A stretch of 64,000 nt of DNA from contig CANTDX010000005.1 of NCBI GenBank assembly GCA_947652615.1, positions 7,333-71,332 of the forward strand. Reading direction: 5' to 3'. Shown one piece after another: positions 54,747-63,467 of this stretch (position 1 is its first letter; every line of letters starts with the position of its first letter). Source of the DNA: an uncultured Dorea sp. Its GTDB lineage: Bacteria > Bacillota > Clostridia > Lachnospirales > Lachnospiraceae. A model generated the notes under the pieces. It had not been told where the DNA came from and searched no databases. It saw nothing but the letters and a program-made list of their open reading frames with translations. The position numbers and the translations under genes were made by a program.

Positions 54747-55721
54747 TTACTCAAAAATCGCCGGACAAACTTCTTTCATTGCCTCTGCAGTGACTTCGTT
54801 TGTCACAAAAACATTAACAGCCCCTCCTTTTAAAGCCCCCAGGATACTTTCCACCTTGCTTTCACCAATTGCGATTCCAATCCGGGTCTCCATACCTTTA
54901 ATCCTGTCATATGGTACTGCAACCGTCCTGGAATCCAAATGTGCATCACATATCTCACCTTCCGAGTTAATGATATGGGTACATACATCCCCCACTGCCC
55001 CTCGCTGAGACAGTTGTTCCATCTCTTCTGCTTTCAGATAACCTGCTCTGGCTAACGCGCACTGTCCGCCAAATTTTCCCATCGTCACGATTGCAATATT
55101 AACCTGCTCCGCATATTTTAATACTTCCTGCATTGTGTGTTCATTCTCTATCACACTTTTCACTTGCTCGTTATCAACGATCGCAGGAAACGGCAGAATA
55201 TAACTGGCACTATTCAACATAACCACAAATTCTTTCGATATCTCTGCCACATATACATTACGCTTTATGTTGCTGATTCCCCCGCACATCTGCACCGCTA
55301 CAATATTCTTAAGATCTTCCCTCTTTCGCAATGCCTTTGCACATTCATACACCGTCTCTCCCCACGAGAATCCTATGACATCTCCGCTTTTTATAATGGA
55401 ATCTAAATATCTCGCTGCCGCTTCCCCAACCTGCTGCAATGGACTCACATCATCTACCTTGGGCACAACAATTACTTTATTAAGCCCAAAATATTTCCTG
55501 ATCTGCCTCTCTACCCGGCTCTCCGTCATAATCGGATCTCGAATCTCAATTTTGACAATTCCCATCCTCTTTGCCTCATTAAGCAGTTTAGAAATATAAG
55601 GACGGGATAAATTAACTTTCTTTGCAATATCGTTCTGGCTAAAATTATGTTCATAATACAAGCGAGCCACCTGGACAAGCAACTCTGTTTTCTGGATATC
55701 CTTTCTCATATCGGTACTCAT
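54747..55721 (-). CDS. SorC/DeoR(Bsu)-family sugar-binding transcriptional regulator
   Basis: N-terminal HTH (LLVQVARLYYEHNFSQNDIAKKVNLSRPYISKLLNEAKRMGIVKIEI) plus a sugar-phosphate-binding domain. 324 aa. Confidence 0.85.
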   Translation of the reverse strand: MSTDMRKDIQKTELLVQVARLYYEHNFSQNDIAKKVNLSRPYISKLLNEAKRMGIVKIEIRDPIMTESRVERQIRKYFGLNKVIVVPKVDDVSPLQQVGEAAARYLDSIIKSGDVIGFSWGETVYECAKALRKREDLKNIVAVQMCGGISNIKRNVYVAEISKEFVVMLNSASYILPFPAIVDNEQVKSVIENEHTMQEVLKYAEQVNIAIVTMGKFGGQCALARAGYLKAEEMEQLSQRGAVGDVCTHIINSEGEICDAHLDSRTVAVPYDRIKGMETRIGIAIGESKVESILGALKGGAVNVFVTNEVTAEAMKEVCPAIFE

Positions 55722-55889
55722 TTTTAATTATCCTGCCATTCTTCATTTTTTTAATATTGCCTTTCAACCCACATTTTGCACATATATCATCTTATCAGCA
55801 TATTAGATTCTTGTCAATAATTACTAATTTGCCTTATTTATAAAAGAAGTGCCAAAAACAAGGAGTTTCTGACACCTCTATAGTTTATA

Positions 55890-57425
55890 TTAATTATTTG
55901 CAAGATCTTGTATTCGTTTATAGAAATCATGGAGTTCAATTACATATTTTTTATATAGTTCCATATATTTATGGTATTTTCTACCATTTTCCGCATTGGG
56001 TAAATATTCTTTCTGTATACTGATATATTTCTTGGCCGTCTCCTTTAGATCACCAAAGACACCAATCGCATTTCCCGCCAGGATGGATACACCCCACATT
56101 GCAACATCTTCTCTATTCAATACCGCATATTTCTTATTCTGAACATCTGCACTGAGCTGCGTCCACACCGGAGATTTTGCACCGCCGCCGATAATTTTTA
56201 CCAAGTCAATATCATACTCTGGATATAATCTTTCTATGCTTTCTAAGCAAAGAGTAAAATCATAAGTAAAGCTTTCAATCAATGCCTTATAGAAATGTGC
56301 TTTACTGTGGCTCCAGTCATACCCCATCCACATCCCGCGAAGCGCCCCGTCTGACGGCATTGAATTTCCGCCCAGAAGTCCGATCGCCATAAGTCCGTCA
56401 CATCCGGGTCCAATATCCGCCATTTCTTTTTCCATCTGTGCAAACATCTCTTTCGTACTAAGCCCTTCTCGCTTGACAAATGTGTTCATAAACCAGTCCA
56501 GAGTAATTCCGGAACCCGCCACGAAATGTGTCGCATAAAAATCTCCCGGAATTGCTGATGGCAGTACATCTAATCTTCTTTCCTGCATATCCGGCCGATA
56601 CTCCGGCACACACGTACTAACCTCGCCGTATGAAGACGCTTCAAAAATTGTATCTCCATAGTCTACAATTCCTGCTCCAAGACATCCTGCAACCTTATCT
56701 CCGGCTCCGGATACCAGTGGTATACCCGCAGTAAGCCCTACTTCCGCAGCCATTTTGGCATTAAGATGCGCACATATATGATTAGAATTAACAATCTGAG
56801 GCAAATACTTTTGATCCAGTTTAATTGACTCGCAGATTTCATCAGACCATCTGTCATTCTGTACATCTGCAAGTCCTGTCCATTCCGTAAAAGAACGATC
56901 CAGCACGGCATCCTCTACCGATATGTCCCCTAATTTTCCAATCACATATCCACTAATCATCAGATATTTTGCTATCTTCTTACTCTCATCCGGGAATTCA
57001 CTCCGAAACCACTCTAATTTAGGTGCCATCTGTGGAAAATTAGTCCCACCAACCCGCAGAAAAGTATCCTTAAGTTCCTTCATCTGCCGTTCTGCATATG
57101 GCATATATCGACTATCCAAAGAACAGGACCATGTAGTAATGTCATTCCATTCTTTATCCACCCCCATAAATCCCGACATCTGACCGGTAAAAGAAATTGC
57201 CTCAATATTTTTTCTTCTGTCTCCCAGAATATCTCCTGTCTTTTTCATACAAGCTAAAACAGAGGCAAAAAGCTCTTCTCCTTTCTGTATGAAAACTCCC
57301 GGACCTGGTCTGTAATCCTTTACAGGTTCCATCTCAATTGCAATACATTTGCTTTCTGTATCATAAACACCTGTCTTAATAAAGCTTGTTCCCAAATCAA
57401 CTGCCATCAACAATGTTTCGCTCAT
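55890..57425 (-). CDS. FGGY-family carbohydrate kinase (xylulokinase-like)
   Basis: AVDLGTSFIKTGV N-terminal motif and C-terminal IIGGGAKSPVWTQL. 511 aa. Confidence 0.85.
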   Translation of the reverse strand: MSETLLMAVDLGTSFIKTGVYDTESKCIAIEMEPVKDYRPGPGVFIQKGEELFASVLACMKKTGDILGDRRKNIEAISFTGQMSGFMGVDKEWNDITTWSCSLDSRYMPYAERQMKELKDTFLRVGGTNFPQMAPKLEWFRSEFPDESKKIAKYLMISGYVIGKLGDISVEDAVLDRSFTEWTGLADVQNDRWSDEICESIKLDQKYLPQIVNSNHICAHLNAKMAAEVGLTAGIPLVSGAGDKVAGCLGAGIVDYGDTIFEASSYGEVSTCVPEYRPDMQERRLDVLPSAIPGDFYATHFVAGSGITLDWFMNTFVKREGLSTKEMFAQMEKEMADIGPGCDGLMAIGLLGGNSMPSDGALRGMWMGYDWSHSKAHFYKALIESFTYDFTLCLESIERLYPEYDIDLVKIIGGGAKSPVWTQLSADVQNKKYAVLNREDVAMWGVSILAGNAIGVFGDLKETAKKYISIQKEYLPNAENGRKYHKYMELYKKYVIELHDFYKRIQDLANN

Positions 57426-57455
57426 ATTCCTGTCCTTTTCCTTTCTTCTTATCTT

Positions 57456-58442
57456 CTATTGATCCGATCCGTAAGTAATACCCCATTTTCTTCTGGTCAG
57501 CTCGATCAATTCCCCAATGTCCTCTGATTCTTTCCAGGTAAAATAAGGACACTCTTTACTTCCATCTTTCAAACAATCCTGTACCGCCTGAATCTCATAC
57601 TGGAATCCGGTAGACAAATAGTTTTCCTGAATTTCCTCCTTTTTTCCGGTATTTAAAATCAGAGTTGCCGTAGTTGGATGCCAGAACTCTGGTCCAATAA
57701 TAATCCTGCCTTTTTCCCCGACAATCTCTGTATCCGGCGTTGAAATCTGGTTAAATGCACCGCTCAAAAGTGCCGATCTCCCTTCCGGATAAGTCAACAG
57801 CATTTGAAAACTCTCGTCAACCTCACCATTAAATTTCATATTAGAATAAACTTTTTCCGGCCCTTCCGGGAATACCATATATGCCATTGCCAACGAATAA
57901 ATACCCACATCGCGAAGGGCTCCCGCCGCATATTGAACGCCTGCTTTCCATGGCTGCCAGTCTTCCACCTCTGGCTTGATATCAAATGCTGCCCGAACCG
58001 TTAATGGTCTGCCAATTCTGCCTTCTTCTATCCACCTTCTTGCCTGCATCACCGCCGGGAAACACCGTGTCCACATTCCTTCCATTAAAAACAAATCTTT
58101 TTCTTTCGCCTTTGCCAATACCTGTTTCAATTGTGCCTGATTATCTACCATCGGCTTTTCGCTCAAAAGCGGTATCCCTGCCTCTAAGATTGTCATGATA
58201 TATGAATAATGAACAGAATTTGGAATTGCCAGATAAACCACATCCACTGGCTCTGCATCTAACATCTGCTGCAAATCGGTATAAACATTTGTACATCCAT
58301 ACTTCTCCGCAAATTTTTTACCAGATACTACCGTTCTCGAAACCACCGCCCGCAGAACAGCATCTTTTACAATCTGCAAGCCTTTCGCAAATTCATTTGC
58401 AATATACCCTGTTCCTATAATTGCCCATTTTGTCAGTTTCAT
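57456..58442 (-). CDS. Gfo/Idh/MocA-family oxidoreductase
   Basis: Rossmann N-terminus WAIIGTGYIANEF and the EKP motif (LSEKPM). Start chosen at MKLTKW (ATG 58442, GGGAG upstream). Confidence 0.85.
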   Translation of the reverse strand: MKLTKWAIIGTGYIANEFAKGLQIVKDAVLRAVVSRTVVSGKKFAEKYGCTNVYTDLQQMLDAEPVDVVYLAIPNSVHYSYIMTILEAGIPLLSEKPMVDNQAQLKQVLAKAKEKDLFLMEGMWTRCFPAVMQARRWIEEGRIGRPLTVRAAFDIKPEVEDWQPWKAGVQYAAGALRDVGIYSLAMAYMVFPEGPEKVYSNMKFNGEVDESFQMLLTYPEGRSALLSGAFNQISTPDTEIVGEKGRIIIGPEFWHPTTATLILNTGKKEEIQENYLSTGFQYEIQAVQDCLKDGSKECPYFTWKESEDIGELIELTRRKWGITYGSDQ

Positions 58443-58545
58443 ACTCTTACTCCCTGTCCCATTAAAAAGGCGCTGCAAAATAACCTCGTTACCCTGCAGC
58501 ACCCTTCCATCATTTACAAAATTCTATATTTAATTATGCAGGATT

Positions 58546-59652
58546 CTAATATGTATTTCCGTCATACTGGTCAAGATTATCTTCTGTAATATTATCACCG
58601 CTTACATAGTAATGACTTGCAACCTGATCCTCTTTTCCATCCCAGATCAATTCTGCACATTCAACTGCTTTATTCGCAATCGTCTTGGGGAACTGTACCG
58701 GCGAGCAAAGGATCTGGCCTTCCTTGATCATATCAATATCATTCTGCGCTCCGTCAATATCGACAACTGCAATTTTGCCTTCTAAACCGGCTGCCTTGAT
58801 TGCCGCTGCCGCACCCTGTGCGGTGGGAGAATTGATGGCGAATACTCCCTTGACGTCCGGATAAGTCTGAAGGAAGGATTCCATAATGCTCTGTGCATCT
58901 TCTACAACACCAAACGCATCCTGATCTGCCACAATTTTGACATCCGGATAAGATGTTTCGATAACTTCCTCAAGTCCTTCTACACGTTCACGTACCGCCT
59001 GAAGTGTTGACCAATTGATAACGACAATCTCTCCTTCCCCATCAATTGCTTCGCATAGAGTTTCTGCCGCCATCTTTCCCATAGCCACATTATCAGATTC
59101 TACGATAGACGCGATCAAATCCTTGTCCTCTACGTTAGAATCAATTGCTATTACAGGAATCCCAGCTCTTTCCGCTTCCTGCAAAGCAGGTTTGATACCA
59201 TCTTTGTCAAGTGCATCTACAAAAATAATATCCACACCTCTGGCCACCATTGCAATAATATCCTCTACCTGAGTATTAATGTCATTTGCCGGGTCTGGTG
59301 CAAGTACTTCTGCTTCTACCCCTCCCTTTTTCAATGTTTCCTTCACGCCTTCGATCTCCGCAAGGAAAAAGGCATTCGCATGTGTCTGCACAGATACACC
59401 AATCGTTTTTCCTTCGCTAAGCTTTGTCGCTGCGTACGGAAGCCCATCTTCTGCCTCAAGAGGATCAACATATACCACCTCTTCCCCTGCTTCCTCCGCC
59501 TCTTCTGTTCCTCCTTCTTCTTCTGTTGCCTTTTCAGTCGTTCCGGCAGAATCCTCACTGCCCGAGTCAGATGAGCCTGATCCCGAACAACCCATCACCA
59601 TCGCAGCAACCAATGCAGTTGCCAGAAGTACACTTACTACCTTTTTTCTCAT
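58546..59652 (-). CDS. sugar ABC transporter substrate-binding lipoprotein
   Basis: Lipobox VMGCSGS, then an acidic Glu/Ser-rich linker, then a PBP type I domain. 368 aa. Confidence 0.9.
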   Translation of the reverse strand: MRKKVVSVLLATALVAAMVMGCSGSGSSDSGSEDSAGTTEKATEEEGGTEEAEEAGEEVVYVDPLEAEDGLPYAATKLSEGKTIGVSVQTHANAFFLAEIEGVKETLKKGGVEAEVLAPDPANDINTQVEDIIAMVARGVDIIFVDALDKDGIKPALQEAERAGIPVIAIDSNVEDKDLIASIVESDNVAMGKMAAETLCEAIDGEGEIVVINWSTLQAVRERVEGLEEVIETSYPDVKIVADQDAFGVVEDAQSIMESFLQTYPDVKGVFAINSPTAQGAAAAIKAAGLEGKIAVVDIDGAQNDIDMIKEGQILCSPVQFPKTIANKAVECAELIWDGKEDQVASHYYVSGDNITEDNLDQYDGNTY

Positions 59653-59708
59653 TTTCTTTTCCTCCTTTTGCTATCTATCATAATTTCATTTCGAAATTAC
59701 AATCTCTT

Positions 59709-60686
59709 TTATTTCTTCTTTACCTGAATATCGATAAATACTGCTCCTAAAACCACTGCTCCCTGACATACATATTGCCAATAGAATGGAACATTCATAA
59801 AATTCAAGCCACTGGTTAACAGATCCATGATCAAAGCTCCTATAAAAGTAGCTCCTATCCTTCCAACACCTCCAGTCATACTGGTTCCGCCTACAACCGC
59901 TGCTGCAATTGCGGTAAGTTCAGAACCTTGTCCCAGAGTAGGCTGTCCACTGTAAAGTTTGGAACATGAAATAACTCCATAAATACCATAAAGAAAACCT
60001 GCAAAGGTATAAACAATCCAAATTACCTTCCGGCTATTAATCCCAGAAAACTTTGCCGCCTCAGCATTTCCGCCAATAGCATAAATGGAACGTCCAAATT
60101 TAGTTTTGTTCAAAAGTACATATGTAATCGCTAAAATCACCGCTGCATAAATAATCGGATAAGGAATTGTATCAAACAGGTAACCATTTCCAATCTCACC
60201 AAAATCTCCTGAAATACGGATCGGTGTACCTGCTGAACATGTATAGGCAATTCCACGGCCTATATTCATGATTCCCAATGTTACAATAAATGGCGGAATC
60301 TTTGTATTTGCAACAATTCCTCCGTTAACTGCACCAAATACAGTCGCAATCAGAACCCCTATCAAAAGTGCCGCTGCCGGATGGAGCCCATTTGCGATCA
60401 AAAGTGCACAATATGTGCTCGCACAAGCCATCAATGCACCCACCGACAGATCAATACCGCCGGTAATAATAACCAATGTAACACCAAACGCGGCAATACT
60501 GTCTAAACTGGTTAACCGCAATATATTAATCAGGTTGGCCCTACCCCAAAATTTAAACTCTGTTAAGACCCCAAATACCAGAAAAATCCCCAGCGCACCT
60601 GCCAAAATACCTTTATTCAGATACAAATATTTCATGATCGGATTTGTCGGAACCTCTCTGGAAATCTTATTTTTTTTCGTTGACAT
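59709..60686 (-). CDS. ribose-type sugar ABC transporter permease
   Basis: GGIDLSVGAL and GGNAEAAKFSGI blocks. Start chosen at MSTKKNK (ATG 60686, GGGAGGTG upstream). Confidence 0.9.
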   Translation of the reverse strand: MSTKKNKISREVPTNPIMKYLYLNKGILAGALGIFLVFGVLTEFKFWGRANLINILRLTSLDSIAAFGVTLVIITGGIDLSVGALMACASTYCALLIANGLHPAAALLIGVLIATVFGAVNGGIVANTKIPPFIVTLGIMNIGRGIAYTCSAGTPIRISGDFGEIGNGYLFDTIPYPIIYAAVILAITYVLLNKTKFGRSIYAIGGNAEAAKFSGINSRKVIWIVYTFAGFLYGIYGVISCSKLYSGQPTLGQGSELTAIAAAVVGGTSMTGGVGRIGATFIGALIMDLLTSGLNFMNVPFYWQYVCQGAVVLGAVFIDIQVKKK

Positions 60687-62187
60687 TTTCAGCACCTCCC
60701 GTAGCATACTTCAAAACTAATTCCTCTGACAATTCGCTCTTGTCCAACTCTCCGGTTTTCTTACCTTCATGCATCGTAATAACCCGCGTAGAGAGATTCA
60801 GGATTTCAGGCAATTCTGAAGAGATAAATATGATTCCCACTCCTTCTTCTGCTAACTGCGTAATCAGTTTATATATTTCAAACTTCGCACCCACATCAAT
60901 TCCCCGTGTAGGCTCATCCAAAATCAATATCTTCGGTTTGGTTGCCAGACATTTCGCCAAGACAACTTTCTGTTGGTTGCCTCCAGAGAGCTGACCGGTA
61001 ACATGCGCTTCGGAAGTTGCTTTCGTGCGAAGCTTACTCATATACTCTTCTACTATTGCTTTTTCCTGTCTTTTATCCGTCTTGATTCCATGAATCAATC
61101 TGTCAAGAATTGTCAAAACCGTATTGAATCGTATATCCTGAATCAATACAAGCCCTTGTTCCTTCCTGTTTTCCGGAGCCAGAATAATACCTGCGTCAAT
61201 CGCTTCTTTGGGTTTGGTTATCTTCAATTCTTGCCCTTCCATATAGATCCGGAAAGAAGCTCCTCTATCTATACCAAACAGATAACGCATGATCTCTGTT
61301 CTGCCGCTTCCCACAAGCCCATAAAATCCCAGGATCTCCCCCTGATGCAATGTGAATGAAACATCCTTCAGAAACTTCCCATCATCAAGGCGTTCTACTT
61401 TCAGAAGTTCCTTCCCTTTTGTCAAATTCACCTCAGGATATACATCCTTCATTTCACGTCCAACCATCAAGCGGATAACATCATCATAAGACACCTCACC
61501 AATATCCCTCGTTGTAATATACTGGCCATCCCGAAATACGGTAATTCGGTCTGATATCTGAAATACTTCATCCATACGGTGGGAAATGTAAATAATTGCT
61601 ACTCCTTGATTCCGGAGTTTTTTTACAAATTCTAAAAGCTGAACCGTCTCGCGTTCTGTCAGGGACGCCGTTGGCTCGTCCATAATCAATATCTTACTAT
61701 CTACAGACAGCGCTCTTGCAATTTCAACCATCTGCTGCTGCGCTACTGTCAGGCTTGCCGGATAAGCACGCACACTTATAACATCCTGTACTCCCAACCT
61801 TTCCAACACCTTATAAGCATCTTCCTCCAACTTCTTGTCATCCACAAATCCAGTCTTTTTAGAAGGCATTCTGCCAAGATAAATATTCTCGGCCACTGTC
61901 ATATACGGAACTAAACTCAACTCCTGATGTATAACGGAAATACCTAACTCTTTCGCATCGCTTACCTTTTCTATCTTTACTTCTTTCCCGCTAATAAAAA
62001 TCTGACCTTCTGTCGGATCATAAATGCCAGCCAGGATTTTGATCATAGTTGATTTTCCGGCCCCATTTTCTCCAAGGAGTGAATGGATCTCTCCTTTTCT
62101 TAAGTTAAATTGGATTTTGTCCAAAGCTTTTACACCGGAAAAATGTTTAGAAATATCCTTCATTTCCAAAATAGTTTCCATATTCAT
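60667..62187 (-). CDS. sugar ABC transporter ATP-binding protein (two NBDs)
   Basis: Walker A GENGAGKST, second NBD GLVGSGRTE, signature LSGGNQQK. 506 aa. Confidence 0.9.
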   Translation of the reverse strand: MNMETILEMKDISKHFSGVKALDKIQFNLRKGEIHSLLGENGAGKSTMIKILAGIYDPTEGQIFISGKEVKIEKVSDAKELGISVIHQELSLVPYMTVAENIYLGRMPSKKTGFVDDKKLEEDAYKVLERLGVQDVISVRAYPASLTVAQQQMVEIARALSVDSKILIMDEPTASLTERETVQLLEFVKKLRNQGVAIIYISHRMDEVFQISDRITVFRDGQYITTRDIGEVSYDDVIRLMVGREMKDVYPEVNLTKGKELLKVERLDDGKFLKDVSFTLHQGEILGFYGLVGSGRTEIMRYLFGIDRGASFRIYMEGQELKITKPKEAIDAGIILAPENRKEQGLVLIQDIRFNTVLTILDRLIHGIKTDKRQEKAIVEEYMSKLRTKATSEAHVTGQLSGGNQQKVVLAKCLATKPKILILDEPTRGIDVGAKFEIYKLITQLAEEGVGIIFISSELPEILNLSTRVITMHEGKKTGELDKSELSEELVLKYATGGAENVNEKK

Positions 62188-62215
62188 ACCTCAAACATTT
62201 GTTTTTCTCTGTCAT

Positions 62216-63262
62216 CTATAACACAGGCTTTACTACAACTTTCATTACATTCTCATCACGTATAGCAATAAAACCTTTTTCAATGTCACTCAACGCATAT
62301 ACTCTCGAAACATATTTCTCCAAATCCAATTTCTTCTGCTGAATGTAAGCCAAGATCTGCTTCATTAATCGGGGAGTAGTCGCATGTACTCCATGAACCG
62401 ATAATTCATTATAATGGATCATATTACTGTCCAGAAAACCCTTACTTTCTCCCGCAATTCCTCCAAACAAACTGATTCTTCCCATCTTGGCCGCTATCAT
62501 CTGAGCTTCTGTATGTACACTTGGAACAGACAGTGCAGTAATTATAACGTCTGCCCCTCTTCCTTCCGTCAGCTTCATGACTTCCTCTACCGTATTTTGT
62601 TCTGACGGGTTAATCATAATAATGTCAGGAATCATCTTCTGTGCAATTTCTGCCCTTGACTTCGCAATCTCTACCATTATAATTTTTTTAGCACCTGCAA
62701 GCCTTGCAAGCTCAGCGTGAACGCAGCCTATATATCCGCTTCCGTAGATCACTACCGTATCTTTTTCAGTTATTCTCAGATATGTCTGTGCGTTCAGCGC
62801 ACAAGCTGCCGGTTCCGAGAGAACCGCTGCCATATCAGAGATACCATCCGATATCTTAATGACATTCCCCATCTTAACAGCCTGACCGGGGATCTCCATA
62901 TATTCCGAAAATGCGCCTTCATATTGATAACCAATCGTAGTCAGAGAGTTGCACATATTCGTGTTACCCTGCTTACAGGTCCAGCATTCTCCGCATCCGA
63001 TAGCCGGTGCCACCGTCACCCTGTCGCCTTCTTTAATCTCCCCTTTTACATTCTCCCCCACATGCACAACTGTACCCACAACTTCATGACCTAATGTCTT
63101 AGGCACATCGATCTTATCGCTTCCTTTCATGAAGGTCCTGAAGTCTGTTCCGCAGATAGAAGCACATATTACTTTGATGATCATATTATCGCCACTTGCC
63201 TTCGGTTCCTTTTTTTGTACCACACACATCTTTTTTTCCTTATTCAACTCAAACGCTATCAT
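62216..63262 (-). CDS. Zn-dependent alcohol/polyol dehydrogenase
   Basis: ASICGTDFRT, GHEVVGTV, structural Zn cluster CGECWTCKQGNTNMC, Rossmann motif GSGYIG. Confidence 0.85.
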   Translation of the reverse strand: MIAFELNKEKKMCVVQKKEPKASGDNMIIKVICASICGTDFRTFMKGSDKIDVPKTLGHEVVGTVVHVGENVKGEIKEGDRVTVAPAIGCGECWTCKQGNTNMCNSLTTIGYQYEGAFSEYMEIPGQAVKMGNVIKISDGISDMAAVLSEPAACALNAQTYLRITEKDTVVIYGSGYIGCVHAELARLAGAKKIIMVEIAKSRAEIAQKMIPDIIMINPSEQNTVEEVMKLTEGRGADVIITALSVPSVHTEAQMIAAKMGRISLFGGIAGESKGFLDSNMIHYNELSVHGVHATTPRLMKQILAYIQQKKLDLEKYVSRVYALSDIEKGFIAIRDENVMKVVVKPVL

Positions 63263-63305
63263 ATCATCCTCCCACTTTCTGTTTATATCAGTTCATAATT
63301 ATTTT

Positions 63306-63342
63306 AGGAACATATTCTACTATATTAGTATAATATGTTCCT
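63306..63342 (-). promoter_or_regulatory. 10-bp perfect inverted repeat (operator candidate) upstream of the Zn-ADH/ABC operon
   Basis: AGGAACATAT-(17 nt)-ATATGTTCCT, 44-80 nt upstream of the ATG at 63262. The half-site recurs at 47386-47399 and 54452-54465. Confidence 0.45.
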
Positions 63343-63392
63343 ATATTATCATCTTTATTTCCTTCTGTCAATATAATTGCACAAAAAATACA

Positions 63393-63428
63393 GAAAAAGT
63401 GGTGCAAATTCTAACAATCTGCACCACT
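63393..63428 (-). terminator. rho-independent terminator after the partial edge gene
   Basis: 9-bp stem AGTGGTGCA / TGCACCACT. On the minus strand it is followed by TTTTTCTGTATTTTTT. Confidence 0.65.
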
Positions 63429-63467
63429 TTCACCATATTCTATCAATATTATTTTGCTTTGCAATTC

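Noticed and set aside
59653-59708. Small palindrome AATTTC-ATTTC-GAAATT between the permease and SBP genes of the second ABC operon, considered as a regulatory site or terminator.
   Set aside because: The stem is only 6 bp and AT-only, with no U-tract. It is indistinguishable from chance in AT-rich DNA.
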